Below are positions 62,103 to 64,000 of a stretch of 64,000 nucleotides of DNA, piece after piece. The DNA comes from Gammaproteobacteria bacterium (GTDB lineage Bacteria > Pseudomonadota > Gammaproteobacteria > Steroidobacterales > Steroidobacteraceae). Below the pieces are notes generated by a model. The model did no database searches. It saw nothing but the letters and a program-made list of their open reading frames with translations, and was not told the origin of the DNA. Numbering within the stretch: the first letter of the stretch is position 1; each line of letters opens with the position of its first letter. Location: positions 6,950 to 70,949 of the forward strand of contig DAHVTM010000013.1 of NCBI GenBank assembly GCA_027324195.1, read 5' to 3'. Made by a program: the position numbers and the translations under genes.

Positions 62103-64000
62103 ATGACCGCAATGCCCGCCCATCGGGCCCCGCCTCCCCGCCCGGACGACCTGCAGCGCCTGCGCGAGCGCATGCGTGAGGACACGCTGCGCACGGAAGG
62201 AGCGGCGATTGCCGAGCTGCGCGAAGAACTGTCTGCGGTGCAGGCGCCGCTGCACGGCGCACGCGAGCAGGCGATGCACTGGGTGGGTGCGGCGCGCGCG
62301 CAGGCGCGTGCCGGCTCGCTGGTCGAGTCGTTGCTCGGTCAGTTCGCGCTCGACAGCGCCGAGGGCAAGGCGCTGATGAGCCTCGCCGAGGCCCTGCTGC
62401 GCACGCCGGATGCGCTGAGCGCTGACCGATTGATTGCCGAGCGCCTCGCGGCTCTGCGCAGCGGTGGCGAGACGGCCAACCTGCAGGTGCGGCTCGGTCT
62501 GGCGCTGCTGCGCACGGCCGGGCGCGTGCTGCCGGATGCACACACACTGCTCACCCGCACGCCCGCCCCACGCAATCCGCTCGCGCCGGCGACCCGCCGC
62601 ATCATGCGCCGGGCGATGCGCTTGATGGGGCACGCGTTCATCGTCGGGGAGTCGATCGAAGCGGCGTTGGCACGCGGCGCCCGCCAGCCGCAGCTCGCGC
62701 TGTGCTCGTTCGACATGCTCGGGGAAGGGGCGCGCACCGACGCCGATGCCGAGCGCTATTTCGAAGCCTACCGCAGCGCCATTGAGGCGCTCGGTCGCCA
62801 ATCCGCCGGCGCCGTGCATGCCCGCTCGGGGATCTCTGTGAAACTCTCGGCGCTCGAGCCGCGCTACCAGTTGACCCAACGCACCCGCGTGCTCGAGCGG
62901 CTGGTGCCACGCTCGATCGAGCTGGCGCGTGCGGCCTGCCGCGCTGGTATCGGGCTCACCATCGACGCCGAGGAGGCCGATCGGCTCGATCTGTCGCTCG
63001 ATGTCATCGAAGCGCTGGCCCGGGATCCGCAGACCCGTGCTTGGGACGGTCTCGGACTGGCTGTGCAGGCCTATGGCCGGCGCGCCCCGCTGGTCATCGA
63101 GTGGGTCGCGGCTCTGGCGCGCGCGAGCGGGCGGCGCATGAGCATGCGGCTGGTCAAAGGCGCGTACTGGGACGCGGAAATCAAGCGCGCGCAGGAACGC
63201 GGGCTCGAGAGCTTTCCGGTCTACACCAGCAAGGCGGTGACCGATGCGAGCTACCTCGTGTGCGTGCGCCGGCTGTTCGCCGCCGCCGATGTCATTTATC
63301 CGCAGTTCGCCACGCACAACGCACTGACGGTCGCGGCGGTGGCGGCACTCGCCCCGCCCGAGGCGCGGTACGAGTTCCAGAGGCTGCACGGCATGGGCCA
63401 GGCGCTGTACGCAGTGGTGCGCGCCGAGCGGCCGCAGCTGCCGCCCGTGCGGGTGTATGCGCCGGTCGGAACCCACCAGGATCTGCTGCCGTACCTCGTC
63501 CGCCGTCTGCTCGAAAACGGCGCCAACACCTCCTTCGTCCACCATTTCCTCAACAAACGCATTCCCGTGGAGCACGTCGTGGGACAGATCCTTCCCGAGG
63601 CCACCCAGCACCCCGGCGGCGTGCGCGAGCCACCGCATCTCTACGGTTCGCGTCGTAACTCACGCGGCGCGGATTTCGGCAATCCGCAGGAACTCACCGC
63701 CTTGCTCGCGAGCCTGAAGGCGGCACGCAGCCGGCGTTATACCGGCGGACCGATCCTCGCGCGAAGCGAAGGTGAGGCGCCCCAGACTCCCGTGCGCTCG
63801 CCAGCTGACGGACAGCTCGTCGGGATCAGTCGCGATGCGAGCGAAGCGGAGATCATCGCCGCCATGGACGCGGCCGCGCAGGCCCAGCCGGCGTGGGACC
63901 AAACTCCTGCGTCGCAACGCGCCGAGTGTCTCGAGCGCGCTGCGGATCTGCTCGAGAGCCGTCGCGACGCCTTCCTGCACCTGCTGGTGCGCGAGGCGGG
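62103..64000 (+). CDS. putA: Bifunctional proline dehydrogenase / P5C dehydrogenase PutA (5' part; ORF runs off right edge)
   Basis: From ATG 62103: ...LLGQFALDSAEGKALMSLAEALLRTPD..., the PRODH barrel (SVKLSALEPRY, LTIDAEEADRL, RLVKGAYWD) and the start of the ALDH domain (LLVREAG). It has no stop in the window, so it is absent from the ORF track. There is no N-terminal RHH domain. Confidence 0.9.
   Translation, partial: MTAMPAHRAPPPRPDDLQRLRERMREDTLRTEGAAIAELREELSAVQAPLHGAREQAMHWVGAARAQARAGSLVESLLGQFALDSAEGKALMSLAEALLRTPDALSADRLIAERLAALRSGGETANLQVRLGLALLRTAGRVLPDAHTLLTRTPAPRNPLAPATRRIMRRAMRLMGHAFIVGESIEAALARGARQPQLALCSFDMLGEGARTDADAERYFEAYRSAIEALGRQSAGAVHARSGISVKLSALEPRYQLTQRTRVLERLVPRSIELARAACRAGIGLTIDAEEADRLDLSLDVIEALARDPQTRAWDGLGLAVQAYGRRAPLVIEWVAALARASGRRMSMRLVKGAYWDAEIKRAQERGLESFPVYTSKAVTDASYLVCVRRLFAAADVIYPQFATHNALTVAAVAALAPPEARYEFQRLHGMGQALYAVVRAERPQLPPVRVYAPVGTHQDLLPYLVRRLLENGANTSFVHHFLNKRIPVEHVVGQILPEATQHPGGVREPPHLYGSRRNSRGADFGNPQELTALLASLKAARSRRYTGGPILARSEGEAPQTPVRSPADGQLVGISRDASEAEIIAAMDAAAQAQPAWDQTPASQRAECLERAADLLESRRDAFLHLLVREA

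Overview
High-GC gammaproteobacterial-type chromosomal segment. I could run no searches, so every family call rests on motifs read by eye. The left ~17 kb (545-17613) is a visibly more AT-rich integrative mobilizable island. It sits in the 3' end of a tRNA-Met(CAT) gene, marked by an exact 45-bp direct repeat (545-589 = 17537-17581). The island carries a tyrosine integrase interrupted by an in-frame TAG, an excisionase-like gene, a VirD2/MOBP-like relaxase with MobC, an XRE regulator with a GTATCA/TGATAC operator array, an ECF sigma-factor module, and a dense defence cargo. That cargo is (i) a Phd/PemK-like TA pair directly upstream of a SPARTA-type operon (TIR-APAZ plus a short, apparently inactive pAgo). 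It also includes (ii) a convergent three-gene cassette: an 82-aa ORF, an ApeA-like HEPN protein with an RNEISH motif, and a DUF2971-like protein. This cassette is the best candidate for an undescribed system. Finally there is (iii) an orphan PIN-like gene. An IS630 transposase fragment lies outside attL. The remaining ~46 kb is housekeeping: ychF-pth-rplY-prs-tRNA-Gln-ispE-lolB, prfA, mtgA, cyclophilin, prmC, sahR-metF-metH, hslO, gatCAB, mreBCD-mrdA-rodA-mltB-rlpA-dac-dat-ybeD-lipB-lipA, murU-amgK and lptD-surA-pdxA-rsmA-usp-apaG-apaH. It continues with a lone 3-hydroxyanthranilate dioxygenase, a membrane GAF-like protein, a decayed RES/Xre toxin-antitoxin remnant and putR-putA (putA runs off the right edge). 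Many long ORFs in the track are antisense or N-terminally over-extended GC artefacts. Several track starts are GTG/TTG, and I re-set starts where start/stop overlaps (ATGA/GTGA) or homology supported it.
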